Positions 13,334-24,113 of a stretch of 64,000 bases of DNA are shown here, piece by piece. The translations under genes and the position numbers were made by a program. The notes under the pieces were generated by a model. That model saw nothing but the letters and a program-made list of their open reading frames with translations, was not told where the DNA came from and ran no database searches. Numbering within the stretch: the stretch's first letter is position 1; every line of letters begins with the position of its first letter. Source of the stretch: Verrucomicrobiales bacterium (GTDB lineage: Bacteria > Verrucomicrobiota > Verrucomicrobiia > Methylacidiphilales > JAAUTS01); contig JAIRPN010000002.1 in the NCBI GenBank assembly GCA_031256975.1, positions 4,837 to 68,836 of the forward strand, written 5' to 3'.

Positions 13334-14437
13334 ATGACTAGCCGACGCCGCCGTGTCCTGCTCATTCAAGCCTGGTGGAGCAAAAGAATCCTCGAGGGAG
13401 TCGCCCAATATGCGTTGGAAAACAACTGGATCCTGGACTGTGAAATGGGCTGGACCCATCATCTGCCAAGTCACTGGCGGGGCGACGGCATCATCGTTTA
13501 CGCCGATACCAATGCCAACATCGTACGCTATGTCAACCGCCACCGGGTTCCGGTGGTTGATCTCGCCACCTTCAACGATTATTTCAAGGCACACAAGGCT
13601 GTCATCTCCAACGAGCAAATCACCCGGCTGGCCGTCGACCACCTGAAAAAACTTGGCTTCAGCCAGTTCGGCTGCGTGCTGGCCTCACATCACCCCATCG
13701 ACATGCTGCGTTACGAATATTACAAAAAAATCGTCACCGCTAATGGCGATCATTTCAAACTTCTCCCGTTAAAAAAACTGGCATCCCTGCTTCCCGGTCT
13801 GCCGAAACCGATGGGACTGCTTACCACTAACGACCGCTATTCAATCGAAACCATCCGCATTTGCACCGACAACGGTTATTCGGTACCGGAGGAGTTCGCC
13901 GTGGTGGGTATCGACAACACACCGATTCTCTGTGACCTGACCTCGGTTCCCGTCACCAGTGTCGACCCCGATTTCTGGCAAAACGGCTACCAGGCTGCCG
14001 CATTGCTGGACCAGTTGATGCAAAAGAAAAAAGTTCCGAAAGAACCCGTGGTCATCCCGCCATTGGGCATCGCCCTGCGGCGCTCCAGCGACACACTTTA
14101 CATCCCCAATACCGATGCCACCAAGGCACTGCAATTTCTGCGCAACAATTTCCTGCACCCGATCAACATCAGCCAGGCGACCAAGGACGCCACAACCCCC
14201 ATTCGTGTCATTCAAAAGGTTTTCCGCCAATACGCCGGCAGGACCATGGTACAGGAATTAACCCGGTTGCGCATCGAACATGCCAAAAAATTACTCGGGA
14301 ACCCGAAACACAAAATCGACAGCATCGCCCGTGACTGCGGTTTTTCCAGTCGTACTTATTTTATCCGCGCCTTTCGCCGGTACGCGGGAATGAGTCCAAA
14401 AGATTTCCGCAAGGTCGCCCTTAAATCCACAGGATAG
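13334..14437 (+). CDS. XylR-type regulator (periplasmic-binding-like sensor plus C-terminal AraC HTH)
   Basis: VPEEFAVVGIDN, TSVD and the C-terminal IARDCGFSSRTYFIRAFRR..GMSPKDFR. Confidence 0.9.
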   Translation: MTSRRRRVLLIQAWWSKRILEGVAQYALENNWILDCEMGWTHHLPSHWRGDGIIVYADTNANIVRYVNRHRVPVVDLATFNDYFKAHKAVISNEQITRLAVDHLKKLGFSQFGCVLASHHPIDMLRYEYYKKIVTANGDHFKLLPLKKLASLLPGLPKPMGLLTTNDRYSIETIRICTDNGYSVPEEFAVVGIDNTPILCDLTSVPVTSVDPDFWQNGYQAAALLDQLMQKKKVPKEPVVIPPLGIALRRSSDTLYIPNTDATKALQFLRNNFLHPINISQATKDATTPIRVIQKVFRQYAGRTMVQELTRLRIEHAKKLLGNPKHKIDSIARDCGFSSRTYFIRAFRRYAGMSPKDFRKVALKSTG

Positions 14438-14456
14438 CATCATCCTTGGCGGCGTA

Positions 14457-16706
14457 TCATTGCAGATTTTGATTCAACTTTTTTGTTTGTCCGGCTGCAA
14501 ATCGCAATTCAGCAACCCGTTCGCCATAACGCACCCGGCATTTATTTCCGGCAAGGTTCTTGACCTCAACTTCGACAAGCTGCCTGTCCTTCCACGTTAG
14601 CGCCAATTCGAATCCGCCGCGTGCGCGCAGGCCGCTAACCGCGCCATCCTTCCATTCGGTCGGCAAGGCAGGCAGTAAGTCAATCTGCCAAGTTCCGTCC
14701 GCCCCGGGTTTGTTGCTCTGCAACAACATCTCCGCCATCGCCGCAGTGATACCGAAGTTACCGTCAATTTGCATGGGCGGATGCAAGCCGAATAAATTCG
14801 GACAGGTATTCCGCGACGTGAACATATCTTTCAACATCACATAGGCATTCTCCGCGTCGCGCAAACGCGCGTATAACGCCGCCCGCCACGCCAATGACCA
14901 TTCACGCACATCGCTGTTAGCGGCAATGCCGCGCGCATCCAATGAAACCTTGGCGGCCCTGGCCAAATCAGGAGTTTGTTCCGGACTGAATTGATGTCCG
15001 GGGAACACCGCAAACAAATGCGAAGTATGGCGGTGATGATCCTCGGGAGTATCCAGTTCCTTTTGATTTTTCTTCTCCTCCATCCATTCCAACAATTGCC
15101 CCCAGCTGCCTGCGCGGGTAACCACCAATTTATCACGCATCGCGGCGATCTTGTCGCGATATTCCCGGTCGGCTCCCAGCACATCGCAGGCCGATACATA
15201 ATTATCAAACAAATCCCAGACAATCTGCTGGTTGTAAGCCACCCCATCCTCGGTCGGCCCATGTTCGGGGGACCATCCATTCGGCACCACCAAGCGACCG
15301 TCCGGCAAAGCCTTCAACTGGTCCTCCCAAAATTCACAAACCTCCTTCATCACCGGATAAGCCACCTTTTGCAGGAAATCGCGATCCTGGGTAAACAAAT
15401 AATGTTCCCAGAAATGCTGGCAATACCAGGCGTTGGCCGTCTTATCCCATTTCCAGCCCATTCCCCCACTAATGTTATGCGAAGTCCTCACCGCCCAGCC
15501 ACGTCTGGGCAGTTCGCCATTAGCGTTCTTCAGGTCATCGGCTGAGTGGGTTGCTTCCCGCCAGTCAGGCAACTGGCTGACCACCAACTCAAACAACGGC
15601 AAATGGCATTCCGGCAAATTGGCCACTTCCACCGGCCAGTAGTTCATCTGGATATTGATATTGGTATGATAATCACTGTGCCACGCAGGATCGTTGCGAT
15701 CATTCCATAATCCCTGCAGGTTGGCGGGCAAACTCCCCGGCCGGGAGCAGGAAATCATCAAATAACGGCCATACTGGAATAACAGCACCTCCAGCTCCGG
15801 ATCTGCTTGCTGGGCAACCAGCAGCTTACGCTTGTCCATCGGCAATGATTTTTGCCGGTCGTTCGATTGCCCCAAGTCCAACTTCACCCGTTCAAACAAG
15901 GCCTGATAATCCTTGATATGAGCTTCCCTCAATGCCGCATAGCCAAGACTGGATGCGTCATCCAATTGTTCAGTAACACGCGCCTGCGGTAGGCGGTCGT
16001 GAAAACCCTTGGTCGAATCAGCCACATAATCAGTCCCTGCCGTCACCAAGATAGTCAAAGCATCACAATTTTGAAAAAACAACTTATTGTCGCTAACCGT
16101 GAGTTTTCCTCCCTCGTTCATCACCAACACTTGCCAGGAATACTGCATTCCATTGGCCAAAGTGCCGCTAACCACGATATTCGCACCGGATAATTCCCCT
16201 TTGGCTTGATGGCCGTCTTCCGCCTCAATACTACCGCTCAAGGTCCCGGGTTTGTCGGCGGTCAGTCGACCAACCAAACATTGCGCCACTGCACTGCACA
16301 AGAATTCCCGTTTATATTGAACCCCATCATTCTTGTAATTCACCGAGGTGATTGCGTCGGATAAATCCAATTCCCTGCGGTAATCGCTTATGTTTTTATG
16401 TCCGGGAAAATTGACAAACAAATTGCCAAGCGTCTGGTAAGCCCCCATCGATTCGTATTTGCCCGATGGATTGGTACCCCCGGTCCACAAACTATCCTCA
16501 TTCAACACCAAACGTTCTCGTTCCGGCTCCCCCATGACCAAGGCGCCCATCCGGCCATTGCCAATCGGCAACCCCTCGTTCATCACCTGCTTCGCAGGCC
16601 GGTCGTACCAAAGAACTAGGTTTTCCGTTGCCGCAAAGTCATTTTTACAAAAAACCGAAAGGAACAGAACCAGAAAACAACTGAACTTTCGCGGCGATAA
16701 AAACAT
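14457..16706 (-). CDS. GH95 alpha-L-fucosidase/galactosidase family glycoside hydrolase
   Basis: Motifs [44 protein letters not shown] and QIDGNFG. Confidence 0.93.
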   Translation of the reverse strand: MFLSPRKFSCFLVLFLSVFCKNDFAATENLVLWYDRPAKQVMNEGLPIGNGRMGALVMGEPERERLVLNEDSLWTGGTNPSGKYESMGAYQTLGNLFVNFPGHKNISDYRRELDLSDAITSVNYKNDGVQYKREFLCSAVAQCLVGRLTADKPGTLSGSIEAEDGHQAKGELSGANIVVSGTLANGMQYSWQVLVMNEGGKLTVSDNKLFFQNCDALTILVTAGTDYVADSTKGFHDRLPQARVTEQLDDASSLGYAALREAHIKDYQALFERVKLDLGQSNDRQKSLPMDKRKLLVAQQADPELEVLLFQYGRYLMISCSRPGSLPANLQGLWNDRNDPAWHSDYHTNINIQMNYWPVEVANLPECHLPLFELVVSQLPDWREATHSADDLKNANGELPRRGWAVRTSHNISGGMGWKWDKTANAWYCQHFWEHYLFTQDRDFLQKVAYPVMKEVCEFWEDQLKALPDGRLVVPNGWSPEHGPTEDGVAYNQQIVWDLFDNYVSACDVLGADREYRDKIAAMRDKLVVTRAGSWGQLLEWMEEKKNQKELDTPEDHHRHTSHLFAVFPGHQFSPEQTPDLARAAKVSLDARGIAANSDVREWSLAWRAALYARLRDAENAYVMLKDMFTSRNTCPNLFGLHPPMQIDGNFGITAAMAEMLLQSNKPGADGTWQIDLLPALPTEWKDGAVSGLRARGGFELALTWKDRQLVEVEVKNLAGNKCRVRYGERVAELRFAAGQTKKLNQNLQ

Positions 16707-16714
16707 AGTTGAAT

Positions 16715-18352
16715 TTACAATTTCATGACGAGCGCAGCATTACGACGGCTTAACCTTTTCAAACTAATCAGCAGCCCAATCCCTGCCAAGAATAATATGG
16801 CGGCGGAAGGCTCCGGAATAGTATTCAACACGATCAGCGAACCGCTGCCGCTAAAATTAGTGATGCCTAGTCCCTCCAACGCACTGACATCATAAGTTCC
16901 GGCATTCAGGCCAACGCCGTTCATAATCAACCCGGCAATCTGCATCCCGGCTCCAGTATAGTTCAACTGTATACTGGAGCCGGTGTTGAAATTGAGAACA
17001 GACGCCGCGCTAATGGCGGTTCCATTATTGAGAACCAAGATTCCATCAACAATGACATTCCCCAAACCCAAGCTCGCTGCCCCCCCAACATTCAACGTGG
17101 TTCCGGCGCTAATCACGGTATCGCCCGTGTAACTGTTCAAACTGGATAAAATCAAGGTACCGCCTCCCTGTACGGTCAATCCACCATCCTTGACCGGCCC
17201 CAAGGTATCGTGCTGCATGGCTAAGGCCGAAGTGGAGGTACGTCCGTTGGTGTCGATCACCGCGCCATTGGTCTGAATTACCACTTTTCCGGCACCACCC
17301 GTGCCGGTATCCGCCTGGAAAAGATTGCCACTGGCAGTAGGCAACAGCTTGATGGTTCCGCCATTCAGGTTCAACACCCCGCCTCCTCCCAAGGTAACTG
17401 TGCTCAGGTTTAGCGTGCCACCGTTCAAATTGTAAGTTGCCGTGCTGTTGCCCGCATTAGCCGTTCCCACGACAATTCCCAGCGTTCCACCATAAAGATT
17501 AACCGTACCGCCGTTTTGATTAACGATGGCATTTCGTCCCGCATTGGCGTTACTGTTGCGCAATAAATACAAATTGGCCGCCTTGAATGTTCCTCCATTC
17601 TCGATATTCAAGATTGAAGTTGCATTGGTATTGCCTGCCAACGTCACATCCCCGGTCGTATCCGTTCCTAAAAAGCCGCCATTCTTTACGTTAATCACCC
17701 CGGTCTGGTTGGAGCTTCCCATGACATTCCAGGATGCATTGTAATAAAACGTACCGCTGACATTCAACGTTCCGCTTTGCACGTCAAGGCCATAGGCTTG
17801 ATTGCTGAAACCGGTGAAATTCACCGTTCCCGCTCCCGACTTGTTCAGGCTGATAGTCCCGGCCCCATTCTTGGTAATCGTGCCGCTTAACGTGATGGAA
17901 CTGCCGGCGTTCACTCCCATATAGTAAGCTACATTGCCACTGCCAACGTTCATCAATTGGACATTGGAATTGATTGTCAGGCTGCTGCCTGCCGCCGCCT
18001 GGCTAATATCCAAAAAATAGGGATTATTGGCCTGGGTCGTACCATTGTACCCTTGTCCATAAAAACTCAACAATCCGGGCCCGCTAATGGTGATATTTTT
18101 CGCAGTGGTTCCCGCCGGGTTGTAAATCCGGGCCATGCTCAAATTACCTTCATAACCGAAGGCATAACTGGTACTGGACAACGTATTATCAAAAAATACC
18201 GAGTCCGTTCCACTTGGCACCACACCACCAACCCAGGCCGAATTCAAATCCAAGCTGTCACTGTTATCCGCCTTGGTCACATCGGCAAAGGCCGATTGAT
18301 AACCTGCCAAAGCCAGTAATAACATTCCACCAATCCGTCGTATGTATTTCAT
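16715..18352 (-). CDS. PEP-CTERM surface protein with autotransporter-associated beta-strand repeats
   Basis: Signal peptide; G/N/T-rich repeats ([20 protein letters not shown]); C-terminal IPEPS-TM-KRxxRR. Confidence 0.9.
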   Translation of the reverse strand: MKYIRRIGGMLLLALAGYQSAFADVTKADNSDSLDLNSAWVGGVVPSGTDSVFFDNTLSSTSYAFGYEGNLSMARIYNPAGTTAKNITISGPGLLSFYGQGYNGTTQANNPYFLDISQAAAGSSLTINSNVQLMNVGSGNVAYYMGVNAGSSITLSGTITKNGAGTISLNKSGAGTVNFTGFSNQAYGLDVQSGTLNVSGTFYYNASWNVMGSSNQTGVINVKNGGFLGTDTTGDVTLAGNTNATSILNIENGGTFKAANLYLLRNSNANAGRNAIVNQNGGTVNLYGGTLGIVVGTANAGNSTATYNLNGGTLNLSTVTLGGGGVLNLNGGTIKLLPTASGNLFQADTGTGGAGKVVIQTNGAVIDTNGRTSTSALAMQHDTLGPVKDGGLTVQGGGTLILSSLNSYTGDTVISAGTTLNVGGAASLGLGNVIVDGILVLNNGTAISAASVLNFNTGSSIQLNYTGAGMQIAGLIMNGVGLNAGTYDVSALEGLGITNFSGSGSLIVLNTIPEPSAAILFLAGIGLLISLKRLSRRNAALVMKL

Positions 18353-18446
18353 ATTTCCCTTTTGTCATTTGCGACCGAGAATGATTCGTTCCTATCGCTT
18401 TTATCGGATTTTTATCAATGGGACGGCGTTTGATCAAACGCATATG

Positions 18447-18479
18447 TGTCTGATTTTTGGCTGAAAACGTCTCTTTTTT
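18447..18479. promoter_or_regulatory. Second copy of the direct-repeat operator candidate
   Basis: TGTCTGATTTTT (18447) and CGTCTCTTTTTT (18468), 21-bp spacing, upstream of the PEP-CTERM-GH95 unit. Confidence 0.45.
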
Positions 18480-18555
18480 CGCTGTTAGCGAATTAATTGG
18501 ACACAAGACTACCAACGTTTGATGGAGAGAAATCCGCGCGCGGGCGGAGAGAAAA

Positions 18556-19008
18556 TTACAGTTCCTTCCAGCCTTTGACTTTGCCGGCTTGGTTAAAATA
18601 AACCACAAAGGTATCCTTCATCACGCTAACCGTGGTGTCGTAATAACCGGGATAAAAATACGGGCCGTAGCCATAACGTCCGTAACCGTAGGCGGAACCA
18701 ATCACCACGCCCGGGCTGGAGTAGGTTTCCATCCGGCCATAAACCCAGCTTTCCGTCTGTACGCCATTCATGCTTTCGCGACGCACCCTCAATGGTTTGC
18801 CCAAAGCGATATAAACCCCATCCTTGTTCAATCCCTCGGTGATCCGTCCCTGCATGACAATGCGTTGCTGGTCCTTGGTGAGCAGGTTGAAAGCCTGGGC
18901 GCGTTCCTCCTTGCGGCTTTCGATGGTGGAACACCCGCTAATGACCAGCGGTAAAACCGCCATGATGCACAAACCGACGATCAAGATTCTGACACGTTTC
19001 ATGCCCAT
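18556..19008 (-). CDS. Hypothetical lipoprotein
   Basis: Lipobox ISGC; SmpA/BamE-like ALGKP...ESWVY...VVYF pattern. Confidence 0.75.
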   Translation of the reverse strand: MGMKRVRILIVGLCIMAVLPLVISGCSTIESRKEERAQAFNLLTKDQQRIVMQGRITEGLNKDGVYIALGKPLRVRRESMNGVQTESWVYGRMETYSSPGVVIGSAYGYGRYGYGPYFYPGYYDTTVSVMKDTFVVYFNQAGKVKGWKEL

Positions 19009-19061
19009 GAAACAAAATTATCCCATCCGTCGGAAAATTCAAGCCGCCGAAAGGCGCACTC

Positions 19062-19430
19062 TTATTCGTCGTTGGCGTGACCGTCCGGATTCAAGTCCTC
19101 CAACTCATGCATGATTTCCATCACCCGGTCACCGCGTTTGACATTGGCGTCAAAACGGAAATTCAGACGCGGAGTGTATTTGATCTTCAAACGTGCGCCA
19201 ATCTCGTGCTGCCACTCCCGCGCAACTCTCGACAACAAGGACAGAATCCTCTCCGGTTCAAGTTGTTCGTTCAGCGTGCTGACATAAACGTAGGCATTGC
19301 GCAAATCCGGGCTGACTTCCACCGAAGTAAAAGTCAGCAATGTCCCTTCCAGCGACTGCTCGCGTGAAGTGAGCCGTCCCAGTTCCGCCTGGATCAGGGC
19401 TGAGATGCGTGTGGTGCGACGTGTGGCCAT
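19062..19430 (-). CDS. rbfA: Ribosome-binding factor A
   Basis: Motifs TSVEVSPDLRNAYVYVS and KYTPRLNFRFD. Confidence 0.92.
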   Translation of the reverse strand: MATRRTTRISALIQAELGRLTSREQSLEGTLLTFTSVEVSPDLRNAYVYVSTLNEQLEPERILSLLSRVAREWQHEIGARLKIKYTPRLNFRFDANVKRGDRVMEIMHELEDLNPDGHANDE

Positions 19431-19618
19431 TCCCCTTTTTAGCAAGTATTTCATCCCGCCCAAGCACTAAAATAAACTCATTCTCAATACCCCGTGTCAA
19501 AAAGGCAAAAATTGCGAAAAAGCATTGTGCATTATACTGTCATCGGTAGAATCTTACTTTTGTCAATCCGTGCCCCTGACAGCAAAACGGCTTCATGGTC
19601 ACCAATGGCAACGGACAT

Positions 19619-20698
19619 ATGAAGAAGTATGACGTCATCGTTATCGGTTCCGGCCCCGCCGGGAATTTGTTTGCCAGCCTGACCGCCGCTGCTCGCCTGA
19701 GCGTTTTGGTGATCGAGAAGGACTCGGCAGCCAAACCCTATTCCCAGCGCCTGTGCCTCAGCCCTGATTGCCTCCATCTCTGGGAAAGGCAAAAACTTTT
19801 TGCTGAATTTACCGCCCTGCCCCATACCCGGCTCAAGAATATTAGCTTTTCCTTCGGCAGCAATCCGCCGATCGATTTTCCGCCCAGTCCCGACGGGAAG
19901 GAAATTTACAGTATCGACAAGGAAGTCCTGAACGGCTGGCTGCGTGAAAGAGCCATTGCGGCCGGTGCGGAATACCTTCCCGGGATTCGCTGCCAGGAAG
20001 TCGATTTCGCCCGCCGGTTAAACACCGACGCCGGGGAATTCCACAGCAAGGTGCTGGTTGGCGCCGACGGCAGGAATTCCTGGGTGGCACGCATGGCTAA
20101 TTTCCCGCTCAGAAAAATCCGCCATCCCAAAACCGCCTGGCTTTCCAGCTCCCAGCTTCCCGGCAGCGATTCCGCGCATTTCAAATTCTTCAAGGAAGGT
20201 TATTTCGGCTTTATGCCGACATCCGGCAGCCACACGGACCTGTTCATGATGCTGAAAAAGGACTGCACCCACGCGCCGCAGAAGTTCATGAACGACTTTT
20301 TCCCCGGCAACGACCATTTAAGCTGGCACAGCCTGCCGCCAGCCATCACTTACGCGGCAACCCCGGCCAAAAATAATATCCTGCTGATCGGCGATGCCGC
20401 CAAAACCGTGGAACCCCTGACAGGTCACGGCATCTATCTGGCCCTGAAAAGCGCGGAAATTGCCGCCAATCTCGTGATCGAGACCCAGCTCAAAGGCGGC
20501 TGGAACTACCTGGACGACCGATACATTTACCAGCACAACGAATTGTATGGCTATCTGTCACAGCGCAACCGCATCGCGAATTTTTTCATCAAATACCCGC
20601 GTTGCGGCACACTCGCCGTGAAATACGCCGCACGTTATCCGCGCATTGCGCAAAACTACCTGCCTTATTTCTCAGGCCTGGAAAACATTGGCGGTTAA
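19619..20698 (+). CDS. FAD-dependent oxidoreductase (geranylgeranyl reductase-like)
   Basis: Motifs DVIVIGSGPAG, VGADGRNS and LIGDAA..VEPLTGHGI. Confidence 0.85.
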   Translation: MKKYDVIVIGSGPAGNLFASLTAAARLSVLVIEKDSAAKPYSQRLCLSPDCLHLWERQKLFAEFTALPHTRLKNISFSFGSNPPIDFPPSPDGKEIYSIDKEVLNGWLRERAIAAGAEYLPGIRCQEVDFARRLNTDAGEFHSKVLVGADGRNSWVARMANFPLRKIRHPKTAWLSSSQLPGSDSAHFKFFKEGYFGFMPTSGSHTDLFMMLKKDCTHAPQKFMNDFFPGNDHLSWHSLPPAITYAATPAKNNILLIGDAAKTVEPLTGHGIYLALKSAEIAANLVIETQLKGGWNYLDDRYIYQHNELYGYLSQRNRIANFFIKYPRCGTLAVKYAARYPRIAQNYLPYFSGLENIGG

Positions 20699-21418
20699 CG
20701 CGTGTTGCGGACGACGTTGCTGGTGCATCATGGCATCGGCAATCACCCGGATGGATTCCTCAAAACCCAGCGATTCGGTATTCAACACCATGTCGTACAA
20801 CAACGGATCCTCGATGTCCTTGCCGAAATAACGCTTGAGATATTTGGCCCGTCCGGCATCCGCCCGGCCGATGAATGCCTCGGCCTCGCCGGGACTCAAT
20901 CCGCAGGTTTGCACGGTATGTTGCAACCGGAAATTATGCGAGGCCACCAAACGGACGTGCGTTACCGTGTCAAAATCCTGGCCGATGATGTTGCCGCCCC
21001 GGCCAATGATGATGACATGGCCTTTGCGCAACAGCCGGATGACCGTACGGCAGGATTGCTCGATCATCTGTTCGGTTTCCGGGTGCAGATCGAGGATTTC
21101 CTCCACCATATCTTCCAGGCGGGACTTGACGCCCTCGGAATAAAAATGCTCAAGGGATTTCGGCAAATGATGGTCGGCGATGATTTGCTGGACCAAGTTC
21201 TTGTCAAACAACGTCCAAACCGGCTCTTCCGGCTTGCGCAGTTTGTTCAGACGGGCCGCCAGTTCCTGCCCGATGGCAAAGCCCCCGGCACCGGACTGCC
21301 GGGACAACGTAATGGAAGGGTAGATTTTTTGTTCGTTTTTTGGTGTGTGGTGCGCGCTGGAAATATAAGACCGGCACCGTGACATCAAATCCGCGTGATT
21401 AGATTCGAGTGTTTTCAC
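20672..21418 (-). CDS. Cytidylate kinase-like family protein
   Basis: Motifs ITLSRQSGAGG, VIIIGRGG, HVRLVAS and YDMVLNT. Confidence 0.85.
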   Translation of the reverse strand: MKTLESNHADLMSRCRSYISSAHHTPKNEQKIYPSITLSRQSGAGGFAIGQELAARLNKLRKPEEPVWTLFDKNLVQQIIADHHLPKSLEHFYSEGVKSRLEDMVEEILDLHPETEQMIEQSCRTVIRLLRKGHVIIIGRGGNIIGQDFDTVTHVRLVASHNFRLQHTVQTCGLSPGEAEAFIGRADAGRAKYLKRYFGKDIEDPLLYDMVLNTESLGFEESIRVIADAMMHQQRRPQHALTANVFQA

Positions 21419-21550
21419 ATCCTTAATTTAACCATTTTTCCCCTTGGAAGCAACCTCCTGATTGCAATGTCTTGTCAACGGCCCTGATTTGAAATAAAGT
21501 CGCGCTTATAAGCAACGCACCTTTAACCTTCCCGTTTAACCACTCAACCT

Positions 21551-22693
21551 ATGAGCATCAAAAGCTTTGACAAACTCAGGAAATATTTGCCCTTTGGCGC
21601 CTTTGGGGTTTCCCTGCTGCTTCACCTGGCAATTTTTCTGGGAATCAGCGGCATCATCATCATTCAGGCAACCAGTCCGAAAGCCCCGTTCACTGCCACG
21701 CCGGACACCACCCAGCAGGCCGGTGACATCCCGCCGCCGGAACTCCCTCCTGACGAGGCACCTGCCACACCCGACGTCAATACCTCGCCGGACGACAATC
21801 ACTCCTCGTCTAGCCAATTGATGCCCAGCATGGAAACCATTTCCAGCAACAACTCAATCTCCGCCCCGACTTTCAATGTCCTGCCTTCCGGCCCCATTGC
21901 CACTGGTGGCGCACCGCAAAACCCCGCGCCCGGCACCTCCGGCAACAAGTCATCCGAACAGCGCACCCCGAGTTTCAGCCCCTTCGGCAGCTCCGATATC
22001 GTGCAAGGCGGAAGCCTGGAGGGTTATTTCTATGATTTCAAGACCGGCAAGGACGGCAAATCCACCGGCATGTCGATCGCCCAATGGCAGGGGATCATGA
22101 AAAAATTCATCAATTCCTCCAACTGGAACCCAGCGGATTTCAACGACTATTATAAAAGCCCGAGCCCCCTGTACATCCAAAAATTCTTCATCACCACCCG
22201 CGGATCAATTGAGGCTCCAAAGGCGTTCAAGGTTCCCAACCAGCCCGCGCTTTGGTCCGTTCTCTACAAGGGTTCCATCATTCCTCCCGAGGACGGCACC
22301 TACAGTTTTGCCGGTTTTGGCGACGATCTGCTGGCGGTCCGTATCAACGGACGCCTGGTACTCGACGGGGGCTGGCTGCAAATATCCGACATTTCCTTGA
22401 AAACCTATCCCAATCTGTGGTCCAAGGTTTACAAGGAACGGGGAGAACTTCGCCTCGGCAAAACCTTCGCCGCCAAGGCTGGAGAGCCCTTGAAAATTGA
22501 AATCCTGATCGGCGACCAGGGAGGATGGTGCGCCTATTTCCTGATGATCAAAAAGGAAGGCAAGTCCTATGAAAAATTGAAGGACGGCACTTTGAAGCTT
22601 CCCTTGTTCCAGCTCGACACCACTCCGGTGAAAGCCGAGGGGGAATATCCGCCCTTCTCCACCGACATGGTTCCGTGGAAAGCGTTGAAGTAA
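21551..22693 (+). CDS. Membrane-anchored protein with Pro-rich linker and PA14-like domain
   Basis: TM helix with SLLLH, Pro/Ser-rich linker, then the PA14-like YKGSIIPPEDGTYSFAGFGDDLLAVRING. Confidence 0.7.
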   Translation: MSIKSFDKLRKYLPFGAFGVSLLLHLAIFLGISGIIIIQATSPKAPFTATPDTTQQAGDIPPPELPPDEAPATPDVNTSPDDNHSSSSQLMPSMETISSNNSISAPTFNVLPSGPIATGGAPQNPAPGTSGNKSSEQRTPSFSPFGSSDIVQGGSLEGYFYDFKTGKDGKSTGMSIAQWQGIMKKFINSSNWNPADFNDYYKSPSPLYIQKFFITTRGSIEAPKAFKVPNQPALWSVLYKGSIIPPEDGTYSFAGFGDDLLAVRINGRLVLDGGWLQISDISLKTYPNLWSKVYKERGELRLGKTFAAKAGEPLKIEILIGDQGGWCAYFLMIKKEGKSYEKLKDGTLKLPLFQLDTTPVKAEGEYPPFSTDMVPWKALK

Positions 22694-22699
22694 ACGTCC

Positions 22700-23026
22700 C
22701 TAATTTACCGCCTTGCCGCCCCAGGATATGACCCGGGCGTTGGCGGCCATTGCCTCAGCCTCCTTGATCTGGCCGTTGCGGGCATAGGCGATCGACAGGC
22801 TGGTATAGGCGATTTGGTCGTTAGGTTGGAGCTCCAGCGCTTTCTTGCCGGCTTCAATCGCCTCAGGGAATTTTTCCAGCTTCACCATCGTCATGCACAA
22901 TGCATGCCAGGCGTCGAAAAAATCCGGCGACAATTCCACCGCCTTGCGATAACCCTCGGCGGCTTGCTCCAATTCACCAATCGCCAGATTGCCATTGGCG
23001 TCGTCAAAATATTCCTCAGCGTTCAT
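22700..23026 (-). CDS. TPR repeat protein
   Basis: TPR patterns YRKAVELSPDFFDAW and KKALELQPND..AY. Confidence 0.85.
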   Translation of the reverse strand: MNAEEYFDDANGNLAIGELEQAAEGYRKAVELSPDFFDAWHALCMTMVKLEKFPEAIEAGKKALELQPNDQIAYTSLSIAYARNGQIKEAEAMAANARVISWGGKAVN

Positions 23027-24065
23027 GTACCGGTTCCAAATTATGTTTTTGCGCCGCCTTGCTTCCCCGTTGATGATGCTCCTCGAAGCGTTTCACCAGC
23101 GGCGCCAGCAACACGCGGCATTTTTCCACCTGCTGCGAACGCAGGCGCAGATTTTGCAACGCCATGGTTTGCAGGTGGTCGATGTTCAATAAATGCACTC
23201 CCCCGACCTGTTGCACTGCGGGGTCAATATTGCGCGGCACACCGAGGTCGATCAAGAATTTCGTCCCGCCATTGGCGGGCAAATCCTCGCGCCGCAGAAT
23301 ATATTCCTCGGCCGAAGTGCAGGTGACCACCAGGTCGAACTCCGGCAAAGCCTTGCGCCATTGCTGCCAGGGCAGAAAATCCGCCTTGATTTCCTCCGCG
23401 AAACCCCTGCCGCCCGCTGCACTGCGGTTGCTGCAGGTGATTTTGCCAATGCCGCTTTCCAGGAAAGCCCTCGCCACGCTGCGCCCGGTGTCCCCGGTTC
23501 CCAGCACCAGCAACGAGCGCTCGCCAATGTCCGGCAACTGCGCCAATACCGAATCGCGGGCGATTGACGACACCGAGACATTGCCCCGGCCGATGGAACT
23601 GGAAGAACGCACCTGCTTGGCAGCGGCAAAGGCCGACTGAAATAAACGATTGAACACGCGCCCGCTGGTCTTGAGTCTCTGCGCCACCTCGTAGGAATCC
23701 TTCACCTGGCCGAAAATTTCCGTTTCGCCCACCACCATCGACTTCAAACCGCTGACCAGCTCAAACAAATGCCAGATCACTTCGCGGTCGCGAAAATAAT
23801 ACGCCGTCTCGATCCAGTCCGGCGGCAGCTTTTTCAATTCACCCAGGCTAGCCACCAGTTCACTCAATGCCTTTTCCTCCGACATGGTGGTGACAAAATA
23901 AAACTCGGTGCGGTTGCAGGTGGACAACACCAGGAACTCCTTGAACGAACGGTGATGGGAGAAAAAGTGCAGCACCAACTCCTGGTCTTGGCGTCCCAGA
24001 CTCAGTTTTTCGCGTTCCTCGACGCTGTGCGTCTTATAGTCCGCACCGACACAAAACAAGTTCAT
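23016..24065 (-). CDS. hemA: Glutamyl-tRNA reductase (short form)
   Basis: Motifs LSTCNRTE, SMVVGETEIFGQVK and DLGVPRNID. Confidence 0.95.
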   Translation of the reverse strand: MNLFCVGADYKTHSVEEREKLSLGRQDQELVLHFFSHHRSFKEFLVLSTCNRTEFYFVTTMSEEKALSELVASLGELKKLPPDWIETAYYFRDREVIWHLFELVSGLKSMVVGETEIFGQVKDSYEVAQRLKTSGRVFNRLFQSAFAAAKQVRSSSSIGRGNVSVSSIARDSVLAQLPDIGERSLLVLGTGDTGRSVARAFLESGIGKITCSNRSAAGGRGFAEEIKADFLPWQQWRKALPEFDLVVTCTSAEEYILRREDLPANGGTKFLIDLGVPRNIDPAVQQVGGVHLLNIDHLQTMALQNLRLRSQQVEKCRVLLAPLVKRFEEHHQRGSKAAQKHNLEPVHER

Positions 24066-24113
24066 CGTTAGCGTAATAATATAGGTGGTCGCCGGTGAAA
24101 TTCCATCCCGCTT

